Under the pieces are notes generated by a model that saw only the letters and a list, made by a program, of their open reading frames with translations, did no database searches and was not told the origin of the DNA. 32,000 nucleotides of DNA from Candidatus Pelagibacter ubique HTCC1062 (lineage in GTDB: Bacteria; Pseudomonadota; Alphaproteobacteria; Pelagibacterales; Pelagibacteraceae). Where the stretch lies: the NCBI RefSeq assembly GCF_000012345.1, contig NC_007205.1, forward strand, positions 450,001-482,000. Reading direction: 5' to 3'. How positions within the stretch are numbered: the stretch's first letter is position 1; every line of letters begins with the position of its first letter. Shown here in pieces: positions 9,104 through 17,247 of the stretch. Position numbers and translations under genes: made by a program.

Positions 9104-10780
9104 TTATGTTGTTTTGATAGTCATTTTTCTTTGAACAATATATTGTTGTATCATTGTGAAGATGTTGTTGAAGCTCCAGTAGATAACAAGACCTGCAGGA
9201 AATGGTGCAAGAATTACAGTTAAAAATACTGGAAAGAACATAAATATTTTAGCCTGTATAGGATCTGGTGGCGTTGGGTTAAGCTTTTGCTGTATCCACA
9301 TTGTGATACCCATAATAATAGGCCACGCACCTATTAATAAGAAAGAAGGTGGATCCCAAGGAATTAAACCAAAAACATTGAATAAAGATGTTGGATCTCT
9401 ATCACTTAAGTCATGTATCCATCCATAAAATGGCATGTGTCTCATTTCAATGGTTACAAATAATACTTTATATAGTGCAAAGAAAACAGGAATCTGAACC
9501 AGAATAGGCAGACAACCGCTCATAGGATTAACTTTTTCTTTTTTATAAAGAGCCATCATTGCTTGTTGTAATTTCATTTTGTCATCCTTGTGCAATTCTT
9601 TCAGACGAGCCATTTCAGGTGCTAATAACTTCATTTTACCCATAGACTTAAAACTAAAGTTGGCAAGAGGAAAGAAAGCCAATCTAATGCAAATAGTGAC
9701 AGCAATAATTGCTAAACCGTAATTACCAAGCAATTTAAAGAAGTAATCTAATACAAAGAATAAAGGTTTTGTGATGAAATACATAAAACCCCAATCAATC
9801 GCTAGATCAAATTTGTTGATATTTAAATTTTCAGCATAACCATCAATGACGTTTACTCTTTTAGCAGCAACTATAATTTGAATTTTTTCTTCTATAGAGC
9901 TGTTTGCTTTAACTTCAATACCTTTGGTAGATATGTAATTTGCTCTGAATTTATTTTTATAGTCAAAAGTTGTTTTAAACTCTTTACCCTTTGGTGGTAT
10001 AACTGATGTAACCCAAAACTTGTCTGAAATAGCAACAAATCCATCTTGTGCGATTTGAGTAAATTTTTTATCCTGGATATCGTCGTAATCTTCCTCAATT
10101 AATTCATCATCAAGTACAGATAAAAACCCTTCATGCAAAATATAAAAACCAGATATTTCTGGTAATTCGTTTCTAATTATTTGCCCATAGGAGTAAAAAT
10201 TATAAGATTTATCTGATGAGTTAATTATTTTTTCTTTTACAGTAAATAAAAATTGATCATCTAGACTTATATGTTTTTCAAATGTAATCCCTTGAGTATT
10301 ACTCCATGTTAGCTTTACAGGATTATTATTAGTTAATTTGTTATTTCCTGAAACTTCCCAGACGGTAGAAGCATCAGGTATATCTATATTTTTATTAGTG
10401 CTTACAAAGCCACTTTCAATTAAATAACCATCTTCAACATTTCTTGGGCTTAATAAGGTTATTTTTTCATTTCTATTAAGTTCAATATTGTACTCTTTAA
10501 AAGTCAGATCATCTATCGCCGCACCCTTTAAAGAAATTGACCCAACAACACTTCCATTTTCAAATTGAATTCTATCATTTTCTTTTAAAGCATCTGCTCT
10601 TGAAAGTTTTGAAAAATTTTCATTTTTATCTAAGCTAGGAGTGTCTTCATTATTTTCAATTTTATTTTGTTCAGCTAGATTTTTTTTAATAGTTGCAGGG
10701 TCAGGCTGAAAAAAAAGAGAGTATAAAATAATTACCGCTGCTGATAAGGATATTGCTGCGATTACGTTTCTAGTATCCAT
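9104..10780 (-). CDS. yidC: Membrane protein insertase YidC
   Basis: There is an N-terminal TM helix, a large periplasmic domain and a conserved C-terminal core (MSGCLPILVQIPVFFALYKVL, GLVIYWSFNN). Length is 558 aa. It sits in the rpmH-rnpA-yidD-yidC context. Confidence 0.93.
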   Translation of the reverse strand: MDTRNVIAAISLSAAVIILYSLFFQPDPATIKKNLAEQNKIENNEDTPSLDKNENFSKLSRADALKENDRIQFENGSVVGSISLKGAAIDDLTFKEYNIELNRNEKITLLSPRNVEDGYLIESGFVSTNKNIDIPDASTVWEVSGNNKLTNNNPVKLTWSNTQGITFEKHISLDDQFLFTVKEKIINSSDKSYNFYSYGQIIRNELPEISGFYILHEGFLSVLDDELIEEDYDDIQDKKFTQIAQDGFVAISDKFWVTSVIPPKGKEFKTTFDYKNKFRANYISTKGIEVKANSSIEEKIQIIVAAKRVNVIDGYAENLNINKFDLAIDWGFMYFITKPLFFVLDYFFKLLGNYGLAIIAVTICIRLAFFPLANFSFKSMGKMKLLAPEMARLKELHKDDKMKLQQAMMALYKKEKVNPMSGCLPILVQIPVFFALYKVLFVTIEMRHMPFYGWIHDLSDRDPTSLFNVFGLIPWDPPSFLLIGAWPIIMGITMWIQQKLNPTPPDPIQAKIFMFFPVFLTVILAPFPAGLVIYWSFNNIFTMIQQYIVQRKMTIKTT

Positions 10781-11031
10781 TATTTCTTAGCCTTGAATTC
10801 TTTATTTACTGGATCAAATCCTTCACCACCACCCAATATCTTAATAGGATGACATGAAAATATTCTTTTAGTACTTTTTGAGATTGCCTTAACAAGCCCA
10901 TATGTTCTTAAACATTCAATTGTATATTCTGAGCAAGTTGGAAGATATCTGCACGAAGGAGTTAAGTAGGGGCTAATAACCATTTTATAAAATTTGATCA
11001 GGCCAATTAAAATGTTTGATATAATATTCAT
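10780..11031 (-). CDS. yidD: Membrane protein insertion efficiency factor YidD
   Basis: Carries the CRYLPTCSEY motif. Length is 83 aa. It has 1-nt overlaps with both rnpA and yidC. Confidence 0.9.
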   Translation of the reverse strand: MNIISNILIGLIKFYKMVISPYLTPSCRYLPTCSEYTIECLRTYGLVKAISKSTKRIFSCHPIKILGGGEGFDPVNKEFKAKK

Positions 11032-11375
11032 TACTTAATCTTTTCTATGTCTTGGAATAAAGTATCTTTTATTATCGCATATTCATTGTTTAGCATAGTT
11101 ATTTTCGCAATCACAAGGTAAGAATAATTAAAGTTTATAGACACTTTTTTTATAGCTTCGTTCATTATATTTCTTAATCTTCTTTTAATTTTATTTCTCT
11201 TTACAGCACTACGGATTAGTTTTTTTTTAGCTACAAAGCTAATATTTAATTTTTTATTATCTTTATCTGCAAGAGGACCAAAAAAGAGAGTGATATATTT
11301 ATTTGAGATTTTTTTTTTCTTAAGTAAATTTTTAAAATCTTCGTTTTTAGAAAGAGCAACAATTTTGCTTTTCAT
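11031..11375 (-). CDS. rnpA: Ribonuclease P protein component
   Basis: Carries the basic RNR-type motif VKRNKIKRRLRN. Length is 114 aa. It lies directly downstream of rpmH. Confidence 0.88.
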   Translation of the reverse strand: MKSKIVALSKNEDFKNLLKKKKISNKYITLFFGPLADKDNKKLNISFVAKKKLIRSAVKRNKIKRRLRNIMNEAIKKVSINFNYSYLVIAKITMLNNEYAIIKDTLFQDIEKIK

Positions 11376-11385
11376 TTATTTTGAA

Positions 11386-11550
11386 CTATTTACCCTGAGG
11401 TTTTTTTTGAGTGGATGACACTGTAAGGTTTTTACGTCCCTTATCACGTCTTCTCTTAATAAGTTTCTTCCCACCTTTAGTTGCCATCTTTGATCTGAAG
11501 CCATGCTTCTTAAGACGTTTTCCAACTTTGGGCTGATATGTTCTTTTCAT
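11386..11550 (-). CDS. rpmH: 50S ribosomal protein L34
   Basis: This gene is not in the ORF track (54 aa). My minus-strand translation is [54 protein letters not shown]. It has the canonical L34 start MKRTYQP and the HGFR motif. The position upstream of rnpA is canonical. Confidence 0.92.
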   Translation of the reverse strand: MKRTYQPKVGKRLKKHGFRSKMATKGGKKLIKRRRDKGRKNLTVSSTQKKPQGK

Positions 11551-11642
11551 AGGATTTATTTAAGTTTTTTTAAATTTCGCCCTTTATAGTAATTATATGT
11601 ATAAATAGCAAATAGAAGATTTTATAATACGACCAATAAATT

Positions 11643-12362
11643 ATGGAAAAATCAAAAAAAGTTAAGATAACTTTAGGTTTATTTTATCTTCTAGTTGTTT
11701 CATCATTTTTATACTTTTTTTTATCAAAATTCACCCTCGAAGAATTAACAAGCTATGAATTTATTAAAAACAATAGAGATTATTTTTTTGGATTAAAACA
11801 AACTAATTTATTTTTAATTTCTTTAATATTTTTAACAGCCACAATTATCTGGGTTGTGATGGCTGGATTTGGTTTGCCAGTTGCACTCTTAGCAGGGTTT
11901 ATTTTTGGCAAGTGGCTTGGAACGATTATTCTAATAATTGGAATGACTATTGGTGCAACAATTTTATACATCATTGGAAATTATTTTTTTAAAGAAATTA
12001 TTAAAGAAAAGTTTTTAAATAGATTTAAAAATTTAGAAGTAAAATTTAAAAAATCAGAATTTATTTATCTTTTAGCTTATAGATTTATTGGAGGCATTCC
12101 TTTTGCATTATCAAATGTGTTACCTTGTATTTTTAATGTTAGAGTGAGTAATTTTTTTTGGGCAACATTAATAGGATTAACTCCACCACTATTTTTAGTT
12201 GTTTCAATTGGAAGTGGACTTGAAAAAATCATAGAACAAAACTTAGAAGCTCCTAGAATCATTGATTTGATATATTCACCAGATATCTACATTCCAATGA
12301 TTGCTTTTGGAGCTTTATTAGTAGCTGCAATTGTTGCTAGAAAAATATTCTACAAAAAATAA
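11643..12362 (+). CDS. DedA / TVP38-TMEM64 family integral membrane protein
   Basis: Polytopic hydrophobic protein of 239 aa with SNARE-associated/DedA-like segments (GFGLPVALLAGFIFG, RFIGGIPFALSN). Confidence 0.7.
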   Translation: MEKSKKVKITLGLFYLLVVSSFLYFFLSKFTLEELTSYEFIKNNRDYFFGLKQTNLFLISLIFLTATIIWVVMAGFGLPVALLAGFIFGKWLGTIILIIGMTIGATILYIIGNYFFKEIIKEKFLNRFKNLEVKFKKSEFIYLLAYRFIGGIPFALSNVLPCIFNVRVSNFFWATLIGLTPPLFLVVSIGSGLEKIIEQNLEAPRIIDLIYSPDIYIPMIAFGALLVAAIVARKIFYKK

Positions 12363-12364
12363 TT

Positions 12365-12438
12365 TGGTGCCCCCACCAAGAATCGAACTTGAAATTTATC
12401 CTTACCATGGACATGTTATGCCATTTAACTATAGGGGC
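12365..12438 (-). tRNA. tRNA-Thr (anticodon GGU)
   Basis: Hand-folded cloverleaf on the minus strand. Acceptor is GCCCCTA/TGGGGGC. D stem is GTTA/TAAC. Anticodon stem is TGTCC/GGATA with loop AT-GGT-AA. T arm is TCAAG-TTCGATT-CTTGG. The discriminator is A and CCA is encoded. Length is 74 nt. Confidence 0.88.
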
Positions 12439-12539
12439 TAATTTGTTATTTTATTGAAGTATTTCTATAATAAATCATTTTTTCAAAAAATTGCCTTAAT
12501 TTTTTTCATATAATGATTTATACCTACGGAGGAAATTTT

Positions 12540-12737
12540 ATGGGCATTCATTACGATTATAAATCTACTAAAGGCAATAAGCTTATGGAGAAGCAGGCAA
12601 AGAGAGAAAAAAAGCTTGCTGAAAAAAAAGCAAAACGTGAAGCTAAAGAAGGACCAAAAGTTCAAGAAGAACCAGAGAAAACTTTAGATGCATCAAAGCC
12701 TATCACTTTAGATTTTTTAACTAATCCAGACAAATAA
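12540..12737 (+). CDS. Small highly charged (K/E-rich) protein of unknown function, 65 aa
   Basis: The track ORF starts at 12513. A strong GGAGG (12528-12532) lies 7 nt before the in-frame ATG at 12540 (MGIHYDYKST...), so I place the start there. The stop overlaps the next ATG (TAATG). Confidence 0.55.
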   Translation: MGIHYDYKSTKGNKLMEKQAKREKKLAEKKAKREAKEGPKVQEEPEKTLDASKPITLDFLTNPDK

Positions 12738-12838
12738 TGAATGATAAAGAAAAAAATGAGAAGTTAAGTCTGGCTCTTAGAAAAAATTTAAAAAAAAGAA
12801 AAATTTTTCAAAAAAAAAATAAGAAGAAAAGTAAATAA
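12737..12838 (+). CDS. Candidate 33-codon lysine-rich micro-ORF ([33 protein letters not shown])
   Basis: This ORF is not in the track. It fills the gap between the 65-aa ORF and dcd exactly, with TAATG stop/start overlaps at both ends. Its very low complexity means it could also be just a translated spacer. Confidence 0.35.
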   Translation: MNDKEKNEKLSLALRKNLKKRKIFQKKNKKKSK

Positions 12839-13395
12839 TGTCAGTACTTTCTGATAAATCTATAAGGAAGTTAGCAGTTGAGCAGTCAATGATTTCTCCT
12901 TTTATAGATAAGCAAGTCAGGGATGGTAAAATTTCTTATGGACTTAGTTCATTTGGCTATGATGCAAGAGTAGGAGATGAATTTAAGATATTTCATAATG
13001 TTAATTCTTCTATCGTTGACCCTAAGGAGTTTAGTTCAGATAATTTTGTAACCAAAAAAAGCTCTGATTATATTATCATTCCTCCTAATTCTTTCGCTCT
13101 TGGAACCACTATTGAAGTCTTTAAAATACCAAGAGATATTATGTGTATTGTTGTTGGTAAGAGCACATATGCAAGAACAGGAATCATAGTTAATGTAACT
13201 CCAATTGAATCTGAGTTTTTTGGAACAGTTACTCTTGAGTTTTCTAATACCACACCGCTACCTGCAAAAATTTATGCAAATGAAGGTGTTGCACAATTTT
13301 TATTTCTAAAAGGAGATCAGTCTCCAGAAACTTCATACGCTGACCGTAAAGGAAAATATATGGGTCAAACTGGAGTAACTTTACCAAAAGTATAA
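12838..13395 (+). CDS. dcd: dCTP deaminase
   Basis: Length is 185 aa. The N-terminus MSVLSDKSI and the segments [10 protein letters not shown] and [11 protein letters not shown] match the Dcd/dUTPase-fold family. Confidence 0.88.
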   Translation: MSVLSDKSIRKLAVEQSMISPFIDKQVRDGKISYGLSSFGYDARVGDEFKIFHNVNSSIVDPKEFSSDNFVTKKSSDYIIIPPNSFALGTTIEVFKIPRDIMCIVVGKSTYARTGIIVNVTPIESEFFGTVTLEFSNTTPLPAKIYANEGVAQFLFLKGDQSPETSYADRKGKYMGQTGVTLPKV

Positions 13396-13397
13396 TC

Positions 13398-14651
13398 ATG
13401 AAAAAATTGGAAGTCTTTGGGGCAGCAAAGCTCAAGGGACAAATTAGAATTTCAGGTTCTAAAAATGCATCCCTTCCTATTTTAGCTGCAACATTATTAT
13501 CAAATAAAAAGATATCTTTAGCAAACCTCCCACGGGTAAAAGATATTGAAACAATGATACTTTTATTAAAGTCATTAGGTTCAATTATTGAAGATAATAA
13601 AAAAGAATTGATTATCAAAAATACCAAGCAAACAAAAACTTTTGCAGCTTATAGTTTGGTTAAAACTATGAGAGCAGGAATATTAGTTTTAGGACCATTA
13701 CTTGCTAAATTTGGTAAAGCAAAAGTTTCATTACCTGGCGGCTGCGCAATAGGGACAAGACCTGTTGATATTCATTTGCAAGCTCTATCAAAACTTGGAG
13801 TTAAATATAAAATTATCCAAGGTTATGTGCATGCTAATGCACCCAAAGGATTAATAGGAGCAAATATAAAATTTCCTAAAGTTTCAGTTGGTGCTACAGA
13901 AAATTTAATTATAGCCGCATGTTTAGCTAAAGGAAAAACAACTTTATCAAATTGTGCGATTGAACCTGAGATTAAAGATTTAGTTAATTTTTTAATTAAT
14001 ATGGGGTGTAATATTAAGTGGACTGCAAAGAGAACGGTTAGAATTGAAGGAGTGAACAATCTTAAAGAATTAGATTACTCAGTAATGCCGGATAGAATAG
14101 AGGCTGGAACTTATTTAATAGCTGCAGCATTAACTGAAGGAAATTTGAAAATTACTGGAATTGATCCTAAGATAATAAGTACAGAAATTAATATCTTAAA
14201 AAAAGTAGGATCAAAAATTACTTTAAAAAAAAATGAAATCCTTATTCAAGGAAGTAAAAAGATTAAAAATATAAATATTAAAACATCTCCTTATCCAGGG
14301 TTTCCAACAGATTTGCAGGCACAAATGATGGTATTATTATGTAAGGCTAATAAAAGATCTCATATTAAAGAAGAAATATTTGAAAATAGGTTTATGCACG
14401 TTGCAGAGCTTAATAGAATGGGAGCTAAAATTTCTATTAATGGAAATCAAGCAAGCATAGAAGGAAATATCAAATTTGAAGCAGCAGAATTAATGGCCAC
14501 AGATTTAAGAGCCTCTGTATCTTTAATTCTTGCAGCTCTTGCAGCTAAAGGAAAATCAGTAATTAATAGAATATATCACCTTGATAGGGGCTATGAAGAT
14601 ATAGAGAAGAAATTAAAAAAAGTAGGGGCTAAAATTAAGAGAATTAATTAA
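13398..14651 (+). CDS. murA: UDP-N-acetylglucosamine 1-carboxyvinyltransferase
   Basis: ISGSKNASLPILAA and LPGGCAIGTRPVDIHL (with the catalytic Cys) are present, as is the C-terminal HLDRGYE. Length is 417 aa. Confidence 0.95.
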   Translation: MKKLEVFGAAKLKGQIRISGSKNASLPILAATLLSNKKISLANLPRVKDIETMILLLKSLGSIIEDNKKELIIKNTKQTKTFAAYSLVKTMRAGILVLGPLLAKFGKAKVSLPGGCAIGTRPVDIHLQALSKLGVKYKIIQGYVHANAPKGLIGANIKFPKVSVGATENLIIAACLAKGKTTLSNCAIEPEIKDLVNFLINMGCNIKWTAKRTVRIEGVNNLKELDYSVMPDRIEAGTYLIAAALTEGNLKITGIDPKIISTEINILKKVGSKITLKKNEILIQGSKKIKNINIKTSPYPGFPTDLQAQMMVLLCKANKRSHIKEEIFENRFMHVAELNRMGAKISINGNQASIEGNIKFEAAELMATDLRASVSLILAALAAKGKSVINRIYHLDRGYEDIEKKLKKVGAKIKRIN

Positions 14652-15046
14652 TGGATAAAAAATATTTATCAAAAATTATAGCTACAGATAATGAGGGATT
14701 ACAAGTAATCTCAGCATGTTGCTCTGGAGCTGAAGTTAAAGTTAATGAAATTAAGTATCTTCAGAAAAACAAAGTTTTTCTATTATCATTAAAAAGATCT
14801 AAAGTAGAAACGGAAGAACAAGATAAAAAAATTATTAGTATTTGCAAATTTGAATTTGTAGATAGAGTTAAATCTAAAAATATTAAACAAAACGACCCTG
14901 AGGAAAAATTAGAGTTAATTGGGATGGATTATTTAAAAAATAATGACAATTATGAGATAAACTTAATGTTTACAAACAATGCATATATTACATTATCGAC
15001 AGAAATAATTGAAGTAACTTTAGATGACCAAAACAAAGCTGATTAA
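14651..15046 (+). CDS. Conserved protein of unknown function (DUF2948-like by position)
   Basis: The 131-aa ORF is coupled by TAATG overlaps to murA upstream and hisD downstream. From memory, alphaproteobacteria carry a DUF2948 gene in this murA-x-hisD slot. The family assignment is by synteny, not by motif. Confidence 0.6.
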   Translation: MDKKYLSKIIATDNEGLQVISACCSGAEVKVNEIKYLQKNKVFLLSLKRSKVETEEQDKKIISICKFEFVDRVKSKNIKQNDPEEKLELIGMDYLKNNDNYEINLMFTNNAYITLSTEIIEVTLDDQNKAD

Positions 15047-16332
15047 TGATTAAGATATTAGATAGTAAAAATAAAAACTTTGATAAAACTTTAGACGCAT
15101 TACTGTCTAAACGAAAAAATAAAGTCCAACTTAATTCAGTTTCAGTTATTAAAATTATTAAAGATGTTAAGAAAAATGGAGATAAAGCTATTTTAAAGTA
15201 TGAAAAGAGATTTAATAAAAATAGTATTATTGCCCCAAGCATAAAACAAATTAATAGAGCTATTCAGTCTTTAGATCAAAAAGTTAAAAAGGCAATCGAT
15301 CTTGCTTATGATAGAATTTATAAATTCCATTCATTACAAAAATTTAAAAACATTTCTTATACAGACAAACTAAAAAATAAATTAGAGTATAAATACGTAC
15401 CTATTGAATCAGTTGCAATTTATGTACCTGGTTCAACAGCTTCATATCCTTCCAGTGTTTTAATGAATGCAGTACCTGCAATTGTTGCTGGAGTGAAAAG
15501 ACTAGTTATGGTTAATCCAGGTCAAAAAGGTAAACAAAATCCTGCGGTATTATATGCTGCTAAAAAATGTAAGATTAAAGAGATTTATTCAATTGGAGGA
15601 CCATCTGCTATTGCAGCTGTTGCATATGGTACTAAGAAAATCAAAAAAGTTGACAAAATTATTGGCCCTGGAAATTCTTATGTAGCTGCAGCAAAAAAAG
15701 AAGTATTTGGAGATGTTGGAATTGAAGGAATGATTGCAGGTCCTTCTGAAGTGACAATTGTTTGTGATAAGTTTTCAAATCCTGAATGGATAGCGAGCGA
15801 TCTAATAGGTCAAGCAGAACACGATAACCTTGCTCAATGTATTTTAATTTCAAAAGACAAATCAATTATTAAAAAAGTTAATTATGAAATTATCAATCAA
15901 TTAAAAGAATTGCCTAGAGCAGTGATTGCAAAAAATAGTCTACTTAATAATGGAATTTTAATTTATATGCCGTCTGACCAAAAAATTATTAACACAGTAA
16001 ATAAAATTGCTCCTGAGCACTTAGAGCTTAATACTAAGAACTATAAAAAGGTAGTGAGTAAGATTAAAAATGCAGGATCTATCTGTTTAGGAAAATATGC
16101 TGTAATGGCAATGACAGATTATAATGTTGGCTCTAATCATGTATTGCCAACCAATTCCTCAGCAAGATATTCAAGTGGAGTTAGTGTTAATGAATTTTAT
16201 AAAAGAATTTCATATATAAACCTATCAAAAAAAGGGATTGAAACCCTTGGTCCATCAGTTATAACACTTGCAAACTACGAGGGTTTAGTGGGACACGCTA
16301 AGTCGGTAGAAAAAAGAATTAGGAGAAAATAA
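15046..16332 (+). CDS. hisD: Histidinol dehydrogenase
   Basis: Motifs are [17 protein letters not shown] and IGQAEHD, with the HLE region (PEHLEL). Length is 428 aa. Confidence 0.94.
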   Translation: MIKILDSKNKNFDKTLDALLSKRKNKVQLNSVSVIKIIKDVKKNGDKAILKYEKRFNKNSIIAPSIKQINRAIQSLDQKVKKAIDLAYDRIYKFHSLQKFKNISYTDKLKNKLEYKYVPIESVAIYVPGSTASYPSSVLMNAVPAIVAGVKRLVMVNPGQKGKQNPAVLYAAKKCKIKEIYSIGGPSAIAAVAYGTKKIKKVDKIIGPGNSYVAAAKKEVFGDVGIEGMIAGPSEVTIVCDKFSNPEWIASDLIGQAEHDNLAQCILISKDKSIIKKVNYEIINQLKELPRAVIAKNSLLNNGILIYMPSDQKIINTVNKIAPEHLELNTKNYKKVVSKIKNAGSICLGKYAVMAMTDYNVGSNHVLPTNSSARYSSGVSVNEFYKRISYINLSKKGIETLGPSVITLANYEGLVGHAKSVEKRIRRK

Positions 16333-16334
16333 AT

Positions 16335-16550
16335 TTGTCAAAACAAGAAATGCTGTCGTTCTCAGGAATTGTTGAGGATTTATTACCAAATGCAATGTTT
16401 AGAGTAAAATTAGAAAACGGCCATATTGTTACAGCTCATGCTGCAGGCAAATTGCGTAAGAACAGAATTAGAGTACTTCAAGGTGATAAGGTTCAAGTCG
16501 AAATGACACCTTACGATTTGACCAAAGGTCGTATCACTTTTAGAGGTTAA
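16335..16550 (+). CDS. infA: Translation initiation factor IF-1
   Basis: [14 protein letters not shown]...[37 protein letters not shown] is the classic IF-1 S1-fold. The start is a TTG at 16335. An in-frame ATG at 16350 is the alternative. Confidence 0.93.
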   Translation: MSKQEMLSFSGIVEDLLPNAMFRVKLENGHIVTAHAAGKLRKNRIRVLQGDKVQVEMTPYDLTKGRITFRG

Positions 16551-16555
16551 TATGG

Positions 16556-16631
16556 GGCCCTGTAGCTCAGTTGGTAGAGCATCGGATTGAAAATCCGTGT
16601 GTCACTGGTTCGAGTCCAGTTGGGGCCACCA
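16556..16631 (+). tRNA. tRNA-Phe (anticodon GAA)
   Basis: Hand-folded. Acceptor is GGCCCTG/TGGGGCC. D arm is GCTC-AGTTGGTA-GAGC. Anticodon stem is TCGGA/TCCGT with loop TT-GAA-AA. T arm is ACTGG-TTCGAGT-CCAGT. A73 and CCA are encoded. It starts 5 nt after the infA stop. Confidence 0.9.
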
Positions 16632-16719
16632 CCACCTCCCTTAAAAATCTAAAAAATTATTGAAAAAATAAAAGAAATAAAATAACTTTTTTATATAAAT
16701 AATAAAAGGATGAGTAAAA

Positions 16720-16932
16720 ATGAGCACACTAAAAGGAACAGTAAAGTGGTTTAACGGTAAAAAAGGTTTTGGCTTTATTGAAAGAGAAGATAAAGAAAAA
16801 GATGCATTCGTTCACGCATCAGCAGTAAAAACTGCAGGTATGCGTTTTTTAAACGAAGGTGATAAACTAGAATTTGAGATGGAGGATGGCCCGAAAGGCC
16901 CTTCAGCTGTAAATTTAAAAAAAATAGACTAG
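16720..16932 (+). CDS. Cold-shock domain protein (CspA family)
   Basis: GTVKWFNGKKGFGFI is the RNP1 motif and DAFVHASAV is RNP2. Length is 70 aa. An AAGGA sits about 10 nt upstream of the ATG. Confidence 0.93.
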   Translation: MSTLKGTVKWFNGKKGFGFIEREDKEKDAFVHASAVKTAGMRFLNEGDKLEFEMEDGPKGPSAVNLKKID

Positions 16933-16956
16933 TTCTTAAACTTCAAAAATCTATAA

Positions 16957-17000
16957 GGGCGTTTAATCCTTAAAAATAAGGTTAACGTCCTTTTATATTT
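16957..17000 (+). terminator. Rho-independent terminator downstream of csp
   Basis: The hairpin GGGCGTTTAATCCTTA-AAAA-TAAGGTTAACGTCC forms about 14 bp with two single-nt bulges. It is followed by TTTTATATTT. Confidence 0.6.
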
Positions 17001-17167
17001 AGGTGTTGAAAATTATTCTTAATTGTCTAAAAGACTGATCATGATTATAAATATTACATACAGAGAGACTTCAAGAAGTACTCACAGACTTTGTTTCCAT
17101 AGCCTTTAGGCTATTTATTTATAATATAATTTTAAATCCACACAAAAATAATATAAACACAAGGAAT

Positions 17168-17242
17168 GCCTGCGTAGTATAACGGTTAGTACGATAGTTT
17201 GTGGAACTATAGGATTTGGTTCGATTCCAAGCGCGGGTACCA
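17168..17242 (+). tRNA. tRNA-His (anticodon GUG), atypical: no encoded G-1, G1-U72, A73
   Basis: Hand-folded. Acceptor is GCCTGCG/CGCGGGT. D arm is GTAT-AACGGTTA-GTAC. Anticodon stem is ATAGT/ACTAT with loop TT-GTG-GA. T arm is TTTGG-TTCGATT-CCAAG. The discriminator is A and CCA is encoded. The nucleotide 5' of G1 is T. Confidence 0.88.
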
Positions 17243-17247
17243 AAAAG

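Noticed and set aside
8586-9134. Two plus-strand ORFs (102 aa and 75 aa) inside argB
   Set aside because: They are antisense to argB, which has clear kinase motifs. Their S/L/F/T-rich low-complexity products are typical of shadow ORFs.
11551-11642. Possible replication origin next to rpmH-rnpA-yidC
   Set aside because: No dnaA gene is adjacent and I find no TTATCCACA-like DnaA boxes in this 92-nt divergent spacer. Alphaproteobacterial origins are normally elsewhere. It is more simply a divergent promoter region.
12513-12539. Upstream extension of the small charged ORF (track start at 12513)
   Set aside because: The GGAGG at 12528-12532 would lie inside the coding sequence. It is positioned correctly for the ATG at 12540, so the shorter form is more plausible.
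12483-12665. 60-aa minus-strand hydrophobic ORF opposite the 65-aa charged ORF
   Set aside because: It is the F/L-rich mirror of a K/E-rich reading frame. The plus-strand frame has a GGAGG SD at ideal spacing and is translationally coupled to the downstream plus-strand genes, so I prefer the plus strand. I cannot exclude the minus frame without data.
12810-12819. A10 homopolymer inside the micro-ORF as a programmed frameshift or slippage site
   Set aside because: Homopolymer A/T runs are frequent throughout this AT-rich window. The alternative frames do not open into a longer ORF.
13244-13627. 127-aa minus-strand ORF spanning the dcd/murA junction
   Set aside because: It lies entirely antisense to two strongly motif-supported genes. 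The predicted protein is low-complexity (F/L/I-rich, the mirror image of K/N/E-rich coding sequence). No motif is recognisable and no intergenic space exists for its signals.
17041-17109. 22-codon ORF (MIINITYRETSRSTHRLCFHSL) in the csp/tRNA-His spacer
   Set aside because: It is too short, has no SD and has no coupling to neighbours. It is indistinguishable from chance.
12365-17242. tRNA genes (Thr, Phe, His) as integration sites for a genomic island
   Set aside because: I saw no integrase, no direct repeat of a tRNA 3' end, and no compositional break. The flanking genes are core housekeeping genes in conserved alphaproteobacterial order.
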